Shown: piece by piece, positions 9,560 to 20,234 of the stretch
How the letters are laid out: every line of letters begins with the position of its first letter
Position numbering within the stretch: position 1 is the stretch's first letter
Assembly: GCA_963769975.1 (NCBI GenBank)
Contig: CAVYNS010000002.1
Span: forward strand, 280,769-344,768
DNA: 64,000 nucleotides
DNA from: an uncultured Chloroflexia bacterium
GTDB taxonomy: Bacteria > Chloroflexota > Dehalococcoidia > GIF9 > AB-539-J10
Direction: 5' to 3'
Notes under the pieces: generated by a model
Seen by the model: only the letters and a program-made list of their open reading frames with translations
The model's database searches: none
Told to the model about the DNA's origin: nothing
Translations under genes and position numbers: made by a program

Positions 9560-10281
9560 TTACTATAGAACCCGACATTCTGGGTATCAAGGATGGAGAC
9601 GTTACTTTAGACGCCGGCTGCGGCAATGGCCGACACTCCTGGGAAGTTTATAATAAAAATCATTCCACCGTCGTGGCTTTTGACATTGACACAGTGTGCG
9701 TCAAAAAGAACAGGTATATGTTAGATTCATTAAAGGAGCAAAGAAAAATTAAGGACAACTATCATCTTCTCATAGCGGATGTGAAAAAATTACCGTTCAA
9801 AGATGGCTGCTTTGATAAGATTATTTGCTCTGAAGTCCTGGAGCACATCCCTGAAGACAATGTTGTGGTTGAGGAATTGCTGAGGGTACTGAGCAAAGAT
9901 GGTGCTATCGGGATCAGCGTGCCTCATTACTTGGCTGAATCTATCTGTTGGAAGTTATCTAAAAATTACTATGGTTTCCCCGGCGGGCATATTAGAAAAT
10001 ACAAGACTCGGGAGCTTCTCAAACTTTTGGATACTGCGGGCTTATCCGTCTATACTATTCGCCACAAACATGCCCTTCACTCTTTCTACTGGATGCTTCG
10101 CTGTGTTTTCGGGATTAAAAAAGAAAAGGCCCTGATTCCCTCCATTTATAACAGGTTCTTAGAATGGGACTTACGCACTAACCATAAGGCCTTCCGTTGG
10201 ATGGAAAACCTGTTAAACCACTTTTGCCCCAAGAGTGTCGCTATCTACGCCAAGAAGAAAGAATATACCCCATCCGAATAA
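9556..10281 (+). CDS. Class I SAM-dependent methyltransferase
   Basis: VTLDAGCGNGRHS is SAM-binding motif I. The start overlaps the GT stop (ATGA), which suggests an operon. Confidence 0.75.
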   Translation: MITIEPDILGIKDGDVTLDAGCGNGRHSWEVYNKNHSTVVAFDIDTVCVKKNRYMLDSLKEQRKIKDNYHLLIADVKKLPFKDGCFDKIICSEVLEHIPEDNVVVEELLRVLSKDGAIGISVPHYLAESICWKLSKNYYGFPGGHIRKYKTRELLKLLDTAGLSVYTIRHKHALHSFYWMLRCVFGIKKEKALIPSIYNRFLEWDLRTNHKAFRWMENLLNHFCPKSVAIYAKKKEYTPSE

Positions 10282-10371
10282 TCCCACTTCATCCAACTGC
10301 CCGATTCCCAAGACGTGAAGGTTGCGGTTCTCGTCCTTCACCACCCACCCAAAAGTCTTTCCAGCTTCTGA

Positions 10372-10527
10372 TTAAGTAAAATAGAGAATAAGAGCTACCA
10401 CTCCACACAATATCAAGAAGATGCCCACCAGATAATTGAGGATTTTAGGAAAAATCATTACTATGATACCGAAGATAAGGGCGATGATTCCTCCAATCAG
10501 GCCTAGATTACTACTTATAGTAAGCAT
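10372..10527 (-). CDS. Small membrane protein (51 aa; MLTISSNLGLIGGIIALIFGIIVMIFPKILNYLVGIFLILCGVVALILYFT)
   Basis: Absent from the ORF track because it is under 60 aa. A strong AGGAGGTG RBS lies 7 nt upstream of the ATG and the product has two TM helices. Confidence 0.5.
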   Translation of the reverse strand: MLTISSNLGLIGGIIALIFGIIVMIFPKILNYLVGIFLILCGVVALILYFT

Positions 10528-10646
10528 GGATTATCACCTCCTGTAGTTGAATTATCACTAGTATGATATGAAAACAAGTATTTCGTCAATAGGTAAGTTT
10601 CTTATTGTTATCAAGCTAGCCTTGTCCCGATAGAATTGGGACAAAC

Positions 10647-11891
10647 TTGAACTGGGCTATGCCTCCGAGTAAAATAGCAAATACCATGATTGGATTTGAG
10701 CACATAAAGAGAATATCCCGGACATCCCCGTCCAAAATAGTGCTTCTGATAATAGATGGCGTAGGCGGTCTGCCTCATCTTGAAACCGGTAAAACAGAAC
10801 TGGAATCAGCAAGGAAGCCCAACCTGAATCGCATAGCCAGGGACTCTCTCTGCGGACTTATTGACCCTGTTAGCCCAGGAATTACGCCGGGTAGTGCTCC
10901 GGGGCACCTGGCGATTTTTGGCTATGACCCTGTCAAATATAATGTCGGGCGGGGAGTCGTGGAAGCTCTGGGAATAGATTTGGAACTAAAGCCAGATGAT
11001 ATCGCAGCCCGGGGTAACTTCTGCACAGTTGATGACAAGGGAATTATTACCGACAGGAGGGCAGGACGGATTTCCACAGATAAAAATACCGAGTTATGCC
11101 GCTTGTTGAATAATATCGCCATAGATGGTGCTGAGATTTCCGTGCTGCCGGTGAAAGAACATAGATTTGTGCTCATCCTCCGAGGCAAAGTTTTATCGCC
11201 TGAGCTAGCAGATTCTGACCCCCAGCAAACAGGACTGGCCCCCAAAAAGATAGAGGCATTATCGCCACAGGCACAGAGAACCGCAGAAATTGTCAACGAA
11301 TTCGTGTCCCAAGCAAGAAGCCGATTACAGCATGAATCTCCCGCCAACATGGTGCTTCTGCGCGGCTTCTCCCGTCGCCCTGATATCCCCTCCATACCTG
11401 AAATCTACAAATTAAAGCCGGCAGCCATCGCTACATATCCTATGTACCAGGGACTGGCCAGGCTGGTAGGGATGCAGGTGCTGCCAGGCAGTAAAAGCAT
11501 AACCGAACAACTGAACAGCCTGCGCTGCTACTACGCCGATTATGATTTTTTCTTCGTTCATTTTAAGACCACCGATGCCAGAGGGGAGGATGGCAACTTC
11601 CGGGCTAAAGTCCAAGCCATTGAGGAACTTGATAATGCCCTCCCCAGCTTGCTCAGCTTAGACCCGGAGGTCCTGATTATCACTGGAGACCACTCTACGC
11701 CGGCAACCTTAGCCGCGCATAGCTGGCATCCAGTCCCCTTCATGCTGAAGTCCAAATGGTGTCGCCCCGATAATGTCGCTGAGTTCTCAGAACGAGCCTG
11801 CCTGGCTGGTGGTATGGGGCGTTTCCCGGCCACGGAAATCATGCCCTTAGCTATGGCTAATGCTTTGAAATTGGATAAGTTTGGCGCCTAA
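10647..11891 (+). CDS. apgM: 2,3-bisphosphoglycerate-independent phosphoglycerate mutase, archaeal-type (ApgM family)
   Basis: KIVLLIIDGVGG..PNLNRIA and a metalloenzyme-domain C-terminus. The true start may be the internal Met (MIGFEH...). Confidence 0.8.
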   Translation: MNWAMPPSKIANTMIGFEHIKRISRTSPSKIVLLIIDGVGGLPHLETGKTELESARKPNLNRIARDSLCGLIDPVSPGITPGSAPGHLAIFGYDPVKYNVGRGVVEALGIDLELKPDDIAARGNFCTVDDKGIITDRRAGRISTDKNTELCRLLNNIAIDGAEISVLPVKEHRFVLILRGKVLSPELADSDPQQTGLAPKKIEALSPQAQRTAEIVNEFVSQARSRLQHESPANMVLLRGFSRRPDIPSIPEIYKLKPAAIATYPMYQGLARLVGMQVLPGSKSITEQLNSLRCYYADYDFFFVHFKTTDARGEDGNFRAKVQAIEELDNALPSLLSLDPEVLIITGDHSTPATLAAHSWHPVPFMLKSKWCRPDNVAEFSERACLAGGMGRFPATEIMPLAMANALKLDKFGA

Positions 11892-11892
11892 A

Positions 11893-11995
11893 GAAAATCA
11901 AAGGTCAAAAGTCAAAAATCAAATTTTTAACTTTTGCTTTGTCATTTTGCACTTTTATTTTTGCTTTTTGCATTCCCGAGGGATTTGTTTGGGAT
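11893..11995. repeat. AT-rich intergenic repeat, family member 1 (caaaagtcaaaaatcaaa..ttgctttgtcattttgcacttttatttttgctttttgcatt)
   Basis: Shares the tgtcattttgca / ttttatttttg core with 18662-18770, 33322-33420 (reverse orientation) and 35185-35306. Confidence 0.6.
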
Positions 11996-12002
11996 TTAGA
12001 AA

Positions 12003-14114
12003 TTAGAATTTCTCCTGCTCGGGTGGACCTTCTTCCACCAAACCGGCTTGTTGCAGCGCTTCAAAAAGGCGGGCAGCTCTAGGATAGCCAATACGAAGAC
12101 GGCGCTGTAAGAAAGAGGTGGAGACATGTTTGTATTCTTGTGCCAGGCGCTTGGCTTCTTCCAAAAGAGGGTCGGGAGGAGCAGCTATTTGAGCACCTAA
12201 GAGTCGCTCAGCTACCTCATCAAAGTCAACAGAGCTCACCGTAATCTGCCGTTGATTCCCCCAGAAATACACCAATCTCTCGATCTCAGCATCAGAAACA
12301 AAGCTTCCTTGAAGACGCTTAGGCTTGCTAGCTTCAGTAGGCATGTAGAGCATATCCCCTCTACCTAGCAATTTCTCGGCACCCACCATGTCCAGTATAG
12401 TCCGGGAATCCACCTGAGAAGTAACGGCGAAACTAATACGGGTCGGAAAGTTAGCTTTAATAAGTCCGGTAACCACATCTACTGAAGGGCGTTGTGTAGC
12501 TACAACGAGATGAATGCCTGTAGCTCGTGACAATTGAGCCAACCGACAAAGCGTATGTTCCACCTCATCGGAAGCTGTCATCATTAAATCAGCCAGTTCG
12601 TCAATGAGGAGCACTAAATAGGGCAACCCCTCTCCAGGTGCGCGGTCTTTGTTATAACCTTCAATATTGCGTGCTCCCGCCTTAGCAAACTGACGATATC
12701 GACTATCCATCTCCTGATTAAGCCATCTTAAAGCCTTTATCGCCTTATCAGTATCCACAACCACAGGGGCAAGTAATTGAGGTACCCCGTTAAAAGTCAC
12801 TAACTCCACCCTCTTGGGGTCGATCATGATGAACCGAACGTCGTCGGGGCTGTTGTGTAAAAGCAAGCAACAAATAATAGAGTTAAGACAAACAGTTTTA
12901 CCACTGCCGGTAGCTCCAGCGATAAGTAAATGCGGCATCCTGGTTAGGTCGGCTGCCACCGCCTCACCACCAGCACCTTTACCCAAAGCGATAGTGAGCT
13001 TGGAGCGGGCTCTAATCTTTTGAAAAGCAGCGCTCTCTATGGCACCGCGCAGGGCAACTGAGCCGAACACAGTGTTAGGAACCTCAATGCCCACCACCGG
13101 TGCCCCGGGCACAGGAGCCTCAATCCTGATGCTGGGCGCAGCCAGGGCTAAAGCTAAATCATTAGCCAAAGAGGTAATGCGGTCTACCCTTACCCTAGTT
13201 CGGGATACTTCTTCCACCTTCGTTTCATAGCTACCATTCTTACCCTTTTCTCTTATTTCCTTATATTTCTTGTCCCAACCAGGCTCAACACCAAACTGTG
13301 TCACCGTAGGGCCTATGTTTATCTGCACAACCTTGGTTTCTACCCCATAACTTGCCAGAGCTTCCTCAATCAATCGGGCTCGTTGGTCAATGGCATCCTT
13401 GTCCAATTTCATCTCAACTGGCTTATCCAGGATATCAATCGGCGGAAGATGCCATCCTCCGGGGGTGAGAATTGGTTCGTGTTCTGATTGCCACACGGGA
13501 GGAGATGGAGCAGGCTTTGCCTCCTCTTCACTGACTGCCTCTGCTTCAGGAGAGGCAGCTTTAGCAGGAGCTTTCCCTCTCGAAATCTTCCTTGAACGAG
13601 GTTGGAAACCTTTGGTCAAGAGACGCCAGCCACGCTTAGCGACGTCCCAACACCTCCCAGGAATGATGAAAATAATGCCCAGAAGGACAAGTCCGGTTAC
13701 TAGAAGTCCTCCAACTATATTGGGAGAATGCATTACTATGCTCTGTCCGATACTTCCTCCCAGTGTAGCATCTTTCAAAATACCTCCCCCGTGGAAGAAA
13801 GCCAGAATGCCCCACACGGCACAAGCCAGGCTAATGCCCCCGAGAACCCAGTTCCACCTCTGTTTCACAACAGAGAATTGGCGCCGCCATGCCACCCAGA
13901 TCAGCAAGCCCAAAGCGATGGCCATTATTATTAATCCATAGCCAAACAATTTGAGTATGTTGCCCCACAACACATACAGCAGGACTACCACTACGATAAT
14001 TAAGATAAGCCTTCGTACCACCGGTGAAGCGATGAAGCTGAAGAATCGCTTCCATGCTGACTGATTTCCCTTTGCCTTCCGCCCCGACTTAGATCCACTT
14101 CTTGTTTTAGCCAC
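12003..14114 (-). CDS. ftsK: DNA translocase FtsK/SpoIIIE
   Basis: N-terminal TM segment, a Pro/Glu-rich linker, Walker A (LLIAGATGSGKT) and a C-terminal gamma domain. Confidence 0.9.
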   Translation of the reverse strand: MAKTRSGSKSGRKAKGNQSAWKRFFSFIASPVVRRLILIIVVVVLLYVLWGNILKLFGYGLIIMAIALGLLIWVAWRRQFSVVKQRWNWVLGGISLACAVWGILAFFHGGGILKDATLGGSIGQSIVMHSPNIVGGLLVTGLVLLGIIFIIPGRCWDVAKRGWRLLTKGFQPRSRKISRGKAPAKAASPEAEAVSEEEAKPAPSPPVWQSEHEPILTPGGWHLPPIDILDKPVEMKLDKDAIDQRARLIEEALASYGVETKVVQINIGPTVTQFGVEPGWDKKYKEIREKGKNGSYETKVEEVSRTRVRVDRITSLANDLALALAAPSIRIEAPVPGAPVVGIEVPNTVFGSVALRGAIESAAFQKIRARSKLTIALGKGAGGEAVAADLTRMPHLLIAGATGSGKTVCLNSIICCLLLHNSPDDVRFIMIDPKRVELVTFNGVPQLLAPVVVDTDKAIKALRWLNQEMDSRYRQFAKAGARNIEGYNKDRAPGEGLPYLVLLIDELADLMMTASDEVEHTLCRLAQLSRATGIHLVVATQRPSVDVVTGLIKANFPTRISFAVTSQVDSRTILDMVGAEKLLGRGDMLYMPTEASKPKRLQGSFVSDAEIERLVYFWGNQRQITVSSVDFDEVAERLLGAQIAAPPDPLLEEAKRLAQEYKHVSTSFLQRRLRIGYPRAARLFEALQQAGLVEEGPPEQEKF

Positions 14115-14154
14115 GGAGTTATGTCCCCTAAATTAGTAGTCAGAAGTCCATTTC

Positions 14155-15861
14155 CTATTGGCTACTGACTTCTGGATTCTTCCCTCTTACTTCCATAACC
14201 ACAGGAATAATGACAGGATGACGATGAATTTGTTCATAAAAGAATCTGCTCAGGGAATCCTTTACTTTGGCACCAACAAAACTTGGTTCAACCAAGCGCC
14301 TTCTATCACGATCTAAAGCAGCTACCACCACATCTCGGCCTTTCTCAATCAATTTCTGTTCCTCCCCAGTATTGATCAAGCCTCGCGTTATAATGCGTGG
14401 CCTTTCCGCTAGTTTACCACTTTCAGCATCAACAGCAATGGTCACCACAACAACGCCGTCTCGAGAAAGTAATTTACGGTCCTGAAGCACAGCGTTATCC
14501 AGTTCACCCGTTATCATGCCGCTGACATAGATAACTCCGACATGGGTCCGAGCAACCACCCTACCTGAATCTTGCCCGAGTTCAAGAATATCCCCATTCT
14601 CAAGGACAAAAATATTATCTTTGGGTATACCCATACTTCGAGCTAAGCTGGCATGCAAGCTTAAATGGCGATACTCCCCATGAACAGGAATAAAGAATTT
14701 AGGCTTGACTAAACTAAGCAAAAGCTTCAACTCCTCTTGACTACCATGCCCGTGGACGTGAACTTGAGCCAGCTTGTCATAAATTACATTGGCACCTTGT
14801 CGGAAAAGGCTGTCCGTAATCTTGCTAACCAATGCCTCATTGCCGGGAATAGGAGTTGCTGAAATCACCACGGTGTCGCCTGGGATTATCTGAACTCGGC
14901 TACTGGGGTCACGATTAGCCATGCGCACCAAGGCCGAGGTGGGCTCACCTTGACTGCCTGTGCTCAACACGATAACTCGATTGTGAGGCAAGGTCTTAAG
15001 TTCATCCAAGCGACAAATAATGCCCGGGGGAGCAGTAAGATAACCCGTCTTCAATGCCATGCTCGCTATCTCTTTCATGCTCCGCCCGATGATAAATACA
15101 CGGCGACCATGCTTAACGGCAACATCAAACACCTGCTGCACTCGAGATATAAGAGAGGCAAATGTAGTTACGATTACCCTTCCCTTCGCCTCGCTGACAA
15201 TCCGGTCCAAAGTATCGCTAACCACCCTCTCGGAAGGAGTATATCCTGGAAGCTCAGCATAGGTGGAGTCAGAAAGAAGAAGCAAAACACCCTTGGCTCC
15301 TAGCGCAGCTAATTGGTCGAAGTTAGTAGCCTCACAAAGGACCGGGGTATAATCAATCTTAAAATCACCACTGTGAACTACAATTCCCAGGGGAGTGTGA
15401 ATTACCAATCCCACAGAATCGGGAATACTGTGGCAAACAGAGAAAAATTCTACGGTGAATCTACCCAGTGTAATCCTGCTCCCCGGGTTAACTAAATTCA
15501 ATTTTGCGTTACTTTTCACCCCTCTCTGCCTGAGTTCCACGAGGATCAGCTCTCGAGTGAACTTGGTAGCATAAATGGGAGGGGCGATGCGAGATAGAAT
15601 GTAAGGCAGCGCCCCAATGTGGTCTTCGTGCCCATGAGTAATCACTATACCCCTTAAATTCTTCTGTCTCGCCACAAGATAGCTAATATCTGGAATAAGC
15701 AAGTCAACTCCCAGCATCTCTTCGCTGGGGAACATAAGTCCGGCATCAATGACGATGATGTCATTCCCATATTCCAATGCCATCATGTTCTTACCAATTT
15801 CACCCAGTCCGCCCAGAGGGATGACTTTTAATTTATGTGTTGGCATGGGTTTTCCTTTCAT
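14155..15861 (-). CDS. rnj: Ribonuclease J (metallo-beta-lactamase/beta-CASP)
   Basis: LGGLGEIGKNMMALEY..VITHGHEDHIGALPYIL and a beta-CASP C-terminus. Alternative start at 15846 (MPTHKL). Confidence 0.9.
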   Translation of the reverse strand: MKGKPMPTHKLKVIPLGGLGEIGKNMMALEYGNDIIVIDAGLMFPSEEMLGVDLLIPDISYLVARQKNLRGIVITHGHEDHIGALPYILSRIAPPIYATKFTRELILVELRQRGVKSNAKLNLVNPGSRITLGRFTVEFFSVCHSIPDSVGLVIHTPLGIVVHSGDFKIDYTPVLCEATNFDQLAALGAKGVLLLLSDSTYAELPGYTPSERVVSDTLDRIVSEAKGRVIVTTFASLISRVQQVFDVAVKHGRRVFIIGRSMKEIASMALKTGYLTAPPGIICRLDELKTLPHNRVIVLSTGSQGEPTSALVRMANRDPSSRVQIIPGDTVVISATPIPGNEALVSKITDSLFRQGANVIYDKLAQVHVHGHGSQEELKLLLSLVKPKFFIPVHGEYRHLSLHASLARSMGIPKDNIFVLENGDILELGQDSGRVVARTHVGVIYVSGMITGELDNAVLQDRKLLSRDGVVVVTIAVDAESGKLAERPRIITRGLINTGEEQKLIEKGRDVVVAALDRDRRRLVEPSFVGAKVKDSLSRFFYEQIHRHPVIIPVVMEVRGKNPEVSSQ

Positions 15862-15875
15862 TCTAGGACATGGCT

Positions 15876-16472
15876 CTAAAACAAGCTTAATTGGTGAGAT
15901 TCAACCGCATCTTGAGGCAGATCTTTACCTTGAGCTAAGATCTGTGGAACTTTTAGCATATCCGTTTCGATTGTTCGTCGCAGAGAGCCTTGATGGAGAG
16001 CTGCTGCCGGATGATACATGGGGTAATAAATGACGCCTTCCAATTTTCGCGGCTTCCCATGGATCTTTCCTATGCTCTCATTGGGGAAATACCGCGCTAG
16101 AGAGTAACGTCCCAAAGTGATAATCATTTGGGGCTGAATTATCTCTATTTGACGGTCAAGCCATTTGCGGCAACTTTCTATCTCCACTGGCAGCGGCTCA
16201 CGGTTTTGGGGCGGACGGCACTTAATCACATTAGCGATATAAACTTCCTCCCGCCGTAAGCCAATTGAGGCTAACAGTTGGTCCAAAAATTGCCCTGCTG
16301 GTCCGACGAAGGGACGCCCTTGTTGGTCTTCGTGCCACCCTGGGGCCTCACCGATAAAAAGTAAGTCCGCATCCTCCGCCCCCTCACCAGGTACCACTTT
16401 AGTGCGAGATTTAGTTAGCTCACAATCCCGACAAGCTACAATTTCCTCACAAAGTTGTGCTAAAGCTGACAT
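15876..16472 (-). CDS. Uracil-DNA glycosylase, family 4 (4Fe-4S)
   Basis: GEAPGWHEDQQGRPFVGPAGQFLDQLL and the CxxC..C cluster ligands. Confidence 0.85.
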   Translation of the reverse strand: MSALAQLCEEIVACRDCELTKSRTKVVPGEGAEDADLLFIGEAPGWHEDQQGRPFVGPAGQFLDQLLASIGLRREEVYIANVIKCRPPQNREPLPVEIESCRKWLDRQIEIIQPQMIITLGRYSLARYFPNESIGKIHGKPRKLEGVIYYPMYHPAAALHQGSLRRTIETDMLKVPQILAQGKDLPQDAVESHQLSLF

Positions 16473-16545
16473 CTAGTTCGATGGTAGCATATCTACCTTT
16501 GTCGGTCAATGTGGGCTCTTCTTAGAGCAGGATTGCTCGACTCAT

Positions 16546-17334
16546 TCACTCTTCTTCTTCGTCCTGCTCCCAAATAGGCTCTGTGAATTGGTCAATAAAT
16601 TCAGCCGTAACTCTCTTGGCTATTCTATCCATCTCCTCATCCACTCGCTCAGCCAGATGACCAAGCTCGGCCAAGTCTACTGTAACTCCTAGCATTTTAG
16701 TCAGGATACCAAGCACAGCCAGGGAGGCTTTGGGATTGGCTATTTGCGTGGCATACGATGGCACCTCACCCAGCAAACAAATGCCTTCCATCCCCCTTTC
16801 TTGAGCCATACCCAATATCAATCCGTTCAAGCCAGCGATGCGCAGGTTGCCTCTAAGAATTACATTGCGCTTGCTTAACTCATCAACTAAATCAGAGTTT
16901 GTCGCTGCTCCCCAGACCTTCATCTCTTCACTATGGTGGATGCGTGTTACCGCAGCAGCACAACTATATACCCTCGACACTTTAAGCCTTTGCGCTACAT
17001 CCAAAACACAGTTAACCAGCTCATACCCTTTGAAAGCAGGCTGCTCCTCCCCGATAAAAATCACCAAGCCTTTACCGGCTTTGGGATACTGCCAATAATA
17101 AAACTTGCTCTCGGGAAAACGAGGGCTTTCCACCAGGTTGTCTCTGACTGTGACCCCCACTGGTTCAAAGAAGTTAACAGGTTCAATCTCCCCTATTTCT
17201 ACAGCATTTAGCTTCTCCACAAGATATTTCGCCGCGGTTAGGGAAACGTCGCCAATGCCTGGCCAGGAGGCAATCATGGAACAACTCTTAGGGCGCGGAC
17301 GCTTATGAAGTTTTATTACGTCTTTCGTATCCAT
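16546..17334 (-). CDS. PAC2 (proteasome assembly chaperone 2-like) family protein
   Basis: The N-terminal WPGIGDVSLTAAKYLVEKL region and the acidic C-terminal tail are typical of bacterial/archaeal PAC2 family proteins. Confidence 0.55.
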   Translation of the reverse strand: MDTKDVIKLHKRPRPKSCSMIASWPGIGDVSLTAAKYLVEKLNAVEIGEIEPVNFFEPVGVTVRDNLVESPRFPESKFYYWQYPKAGKGLVIFIGEEQPAFKGYELVNCVLDVAQRLKVSRVYSCAAAVTRIHHSEEMKVWGAATNSDLVDELSKRNVILRGNLRIAGLNGLILGMAQERGMEGICLLGEVPSYATQIANPKASLAVLGILTKMLGVTVDLAELGHLAERVDEEMDRIAKRVTAEFIDQFTEPIWEQDEEEE

Positions 17335-17335
17335 C

Positions 17336-18694
17336 TTAGTTCCCTTTGGTCGTCACCGATACATTAGAGCAATATAAAGGAGGAGTTAGCAAAATCCCGC
17401 CCACCCATCTTGCTTCCCGCCCTATGCCCAGAAGCTCTTTTAACACTTGATATACATTACCGGCAATCATAGTATCTTTCACTCTACCCACTATCTCACC
17501 ATTCTCTACCTTGTATCCCAGCAAAATGTTGCCACCGAAGTCACCACCCAGAAGATTACCCTGCTCAGCACCAATAACTTCCTCCACAATTAATCCTTCT
17601 TTCATATCCTGCACCATTGCCTGGAAAGAAACATCTCCTTTCTCTAAAATAAGAGAGCTTATGGTTGGGCTGGGGAAACCACCACCTACTCGTCTGCCGT
17701 TACCTGTACTGTGTGTGCCAGCTAAAGCTGCTGTCTGTAAATCATAAAGGAAATTCGCCACTACTCCCTTTGTAACAAGCGGTAAACGCTGGCTGGGGAC
17801 CCCTTCGTCATCAAAAGGATAACTCCCCACGCCGTAAGCTACGGTAGCATCATCCCATAAGCTCAGCTTTTTGTCAAAAACTTGTTCCCCCAGTTTATCT
17901 TTTAAAGGCGAGGCTCCCTCGAGGACAGCTTTACCGTTAAACGCTAGCACCAGAGGGCTCAGCAAAGCACTAGCTACTCCATTAGGCGTAAAAATTATCG
18001 GCAGCAGTTTGGTGGATACAGCGGCCTTTTTCTTCGCCATTTCCAGTTGCCATATCACCCTATCAGCCAGGTCATCAATCGCGACAAAATCGGGGCGACA
18101 TGAGCTTTCACTATCACTTACCCAAAGTATATCTGTATCCCGAACAAGAATGCCTTCCAGGCTGAGGCTAAAAAAGCTCTTCTCATACCTGCCCTCACCA
18201 CCCTGAGAATTAATTAAGGAGATGGAGCTTGTCCCCCTGGTTACTTGAACATCGCACAAGACATCATGAGTATGCCCGCTAACTTTGGCTATAAGCTCCT
18301 TCCCCATCTCAACCATCCTCTCCATAGCTATTTCTTCCACTTTGGGATCGAAGATGCGCACTTTCGCATAGTCTTGAGAGGAAGGAAATTGAAAATTGGC
18401 CGGACCGCCAAATTGAGCGGTTTCCACTGCCATATCCACCAAAGTTTCTAAACCGCCTCCTCCACTAGCTGTGGCAAAGCCAGTTCTCCCTTCCTTGAAA
18501 ATTCGCAAGGCATTGCCGCTGCTCTCCTTAGTCTGAACTTGCTTTAGTTCATTGGCTTCAAACTGTATCGTCGTTGCCCGACCAGAAGCTGAAAAAAGCT
18601 CAGCTTGCTCAGCCACCTTCCGAGCAGAGCGCAGAACCTTCAACAGACCTTCCATGTTAAACTCTTTTTTGAATTTTGCTTTGTCATTTTGCAT
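17336..18694 (-). CDS. pmbA: TldD/PmbA-family metallopeptidase, PmbA (TldE)-like partner
   Basis: Glycine-rich C-terminal motifs of the PmbA_TldD family. It is the paired paralog downstream of tldD. A likely internal start (MEGLLKVL) would shorten the N-terminus. Confidence 0.75.
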   Translation of the reverse strand: MQNDKAKFKKEFNMEGLLKVLRSARKVAEQAELFSASGRATTIQFEANELKQVQTKESSGNALRIFKEGRTGFATASGGGGLETLVDMAVETAQFGGPANFQFPSSQDYAKVRIFDPKVEEIAMERMVEMGKELIAKVSGHTHDVLCDVQVTRGTSSISLINSQGGEGRYEKSFFSLSLEGILVRDTDILWVSDSESSCRPDFVAIDDLADRVIWQLEMAKKKAAVSTKLLPIIFTPNGVASALLSPLVLAFNGKAVLEGASPLKDKLGEQVFDKKLSLWDDATVAYGVGSYPFDDEGVPSQRLPLVTKGVVANFLYDLQTAALAGTHSTGNGRRVGGGFPSPTISSLILEKGDVSFQAMVQDMKEGLIVEEVIGAEQGNLLGGDFGGNILLGYKVENGEIVGRVKDTMIAGNVYQVLKELLGIGREARWVGGILLTPPLYCSNVSVTTKGN

Positions 18695-18770
18695 TTTAAT
18701 TTTTACTCTTTTATTTTCTGAACGATGTTATCTGTTTGGAATTTGGCATTTGGAATTTGAGGTTTATTCG
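18662..18770. repeat. AT-rich intergenic repeat, family member 2
   Basis: ttgctttgtcattttgcattttaatttttactcttttattttctg ... ggaatttggcatttggaatttgagg. See 11893-11995. Confidence 0.6.
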
Positions 18771-20174
18771 CTATCTACCACCTACCACGCAATGACGAAT
18801 CCTGATATGTGGGCTCCCATCAGAAACGGGTAACGGGTATTGCCCCCCTTTGCCACAGCCACCGCCCTGATTCATCTCCAGGTCATTGCCTATGGCATCT
18901 ATATTTGGCAAGGTAGTAAAAACATTACCGGTCAGCACCACGGGTCGCAATAACTCTGCGAGCTTCCCTCGGCGAATCATGTAAGCTTCTCCAGCAGAAA
19001 AGGTAAACATCTCCAGGCTAGTTGTCCCTCCGTACCAATCCTTAACATAGACGCCTTCCTCAATGTCACCAAGCATTTCCTCGAAAGAAGCGTTACCTGG
19101 CTCAATAAAGGTATTGCTCATTCGCACTATAGGGGGAAAGAGGTAATTGATGGCTCGAGCATTCCCTGTAGCCTTTTCTCCCATCTTATCTGCTGTTTCC
19201 CGGGAATGAAGCCTGCCTTCCAGAATGCCTTCTCTGATAAGATGGGTTTTCCTAGCCGACGTCCCTTCATCATCGTATTTATAACTTCCCCGCAAATTAG
19301 GGATTGTCGGGTCATCAATGATATTGAGATGCTTGCCACCAAATCTTTTCCCCAGCACCATGATTTGCCGCAGGTTTTCATTTTGATATACATGGTCCGA
19401 CTCGGATAAATGTCCGAAGGCTTCATGAGCAAAGACTCCAGCCAGAATAGGGTCCAAAATCACGGTATACTCTCCACCTTTTACCTGGGGGGCGGAAAGA
19501 AGGGCGGCAGCACGCTTCGCTATATCCCGGGCTTGCTCATGCAACCCCTCCATGGCAGCAAATTCACCATTGCTGCCCAGACTCAACCCGGCCTGCTGAA
19601 CCTCGCTGCCCTCACGAGCTATGGCTGTCAATCGTGAAGTAAGGTCAGTTTTAGTTTGTTCTATATAGCTACCTTCCGAATTAGCGAAGATAGTTCTTCG
19701 CTTCACATCATGGTAATTAATTCGTGTGCTCCGAATTTTTGGGTTACTTAACATAATATCATTATAGCTATCTAAAAGCCCTTTCTTGGTTGCCAACGGT
19801 ACGGTTGTGGCATCCTGCTTCAATCGTGGCACCACCTTATTCACTACAGGCTTCGCGGGGAAGAGCTTGAATGATTCCCTGCTGGCTAACCTTGCCTCTT
19901 CTACGGCCAGAGATACTTTCTCCTTCAACTCATCCGGGTGATTAAAGCTGACGAATCCCCAGCTGCCCTGGACTAAGGCGCGGATATTACCGCCAGAATT
20001 ACGAGCCCGGCTTATCTCCTCCAATCTCTCCCCTCTATAGACAATGCTGGTAGCCTGGCTCTCCTCAAAATGGATTTCAATATAGTCGGCACCATGGCCC
20101 TTCAGAGTCTCAGCAATCAGGTCTCGCACGCCTTTATTGTAGCTTTTGACACGAATAAAGGCAAAGAGCTGCAC
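18771..20174 (-). CDS. tldD: Metalloprotease TldD
   Basis: HEAFGHLSE (HExxxH) and the GxC...D motifs of TldD. Confidence 0.85.
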   Translation of the reverse strand: MQLFAFIRVKSYNKGVRDLIAETLKGHGADYIEIHFEESQATSIVYRGERLEEISRARNSGGNIRALVQGSWGFVSFNHPDELKEKVSLAVEEARLASRESFKLFPAKPVVNKVVPRLKQDATTVPLATKKGLLDSYNDIMLSNPKIRSTRINYHDVKRRTIFANSEGSYIEQTKTDLTSRLTAIAREGSEVQQAGLSLGSNGEFAAMEGLHEQARDIAKRAAALLSAPQVKGGEYTVILDPILAGVFAHEAFGHLSESDHVYQNENLRQIMVLGKRFGGKHLNIIDDPTIPNLRGSYKYDDEGTSARKTHLIREGILEGRLHSRETADKMGEKATGNARAINYLFPPIVRMSNTFIEPGNASFEEMLGDIEEGVYVKDWYGGTTSLEMFTFSAGEAYMIRRGKLAELLRPVVLTGNVFTTLPNIDAIGNDLEMNQGGGCGKGGQYPLPVSDGSPHIRIRHCVVGGR

Positions 20175-20234
20175 AATGCCCTCCTAATATAGTAGAATGT
20201 TGCCCAATCACCTGATATCATCTGTGTTACGGTA

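Noticed and set aside
10197-10379. 60-aa ORF downstream of the methyltransferase
   Set aside because: It has no RBS and overlaps the 3' end of the methyltransferase and the convergent small membrane gene. The composition is arbitrary.
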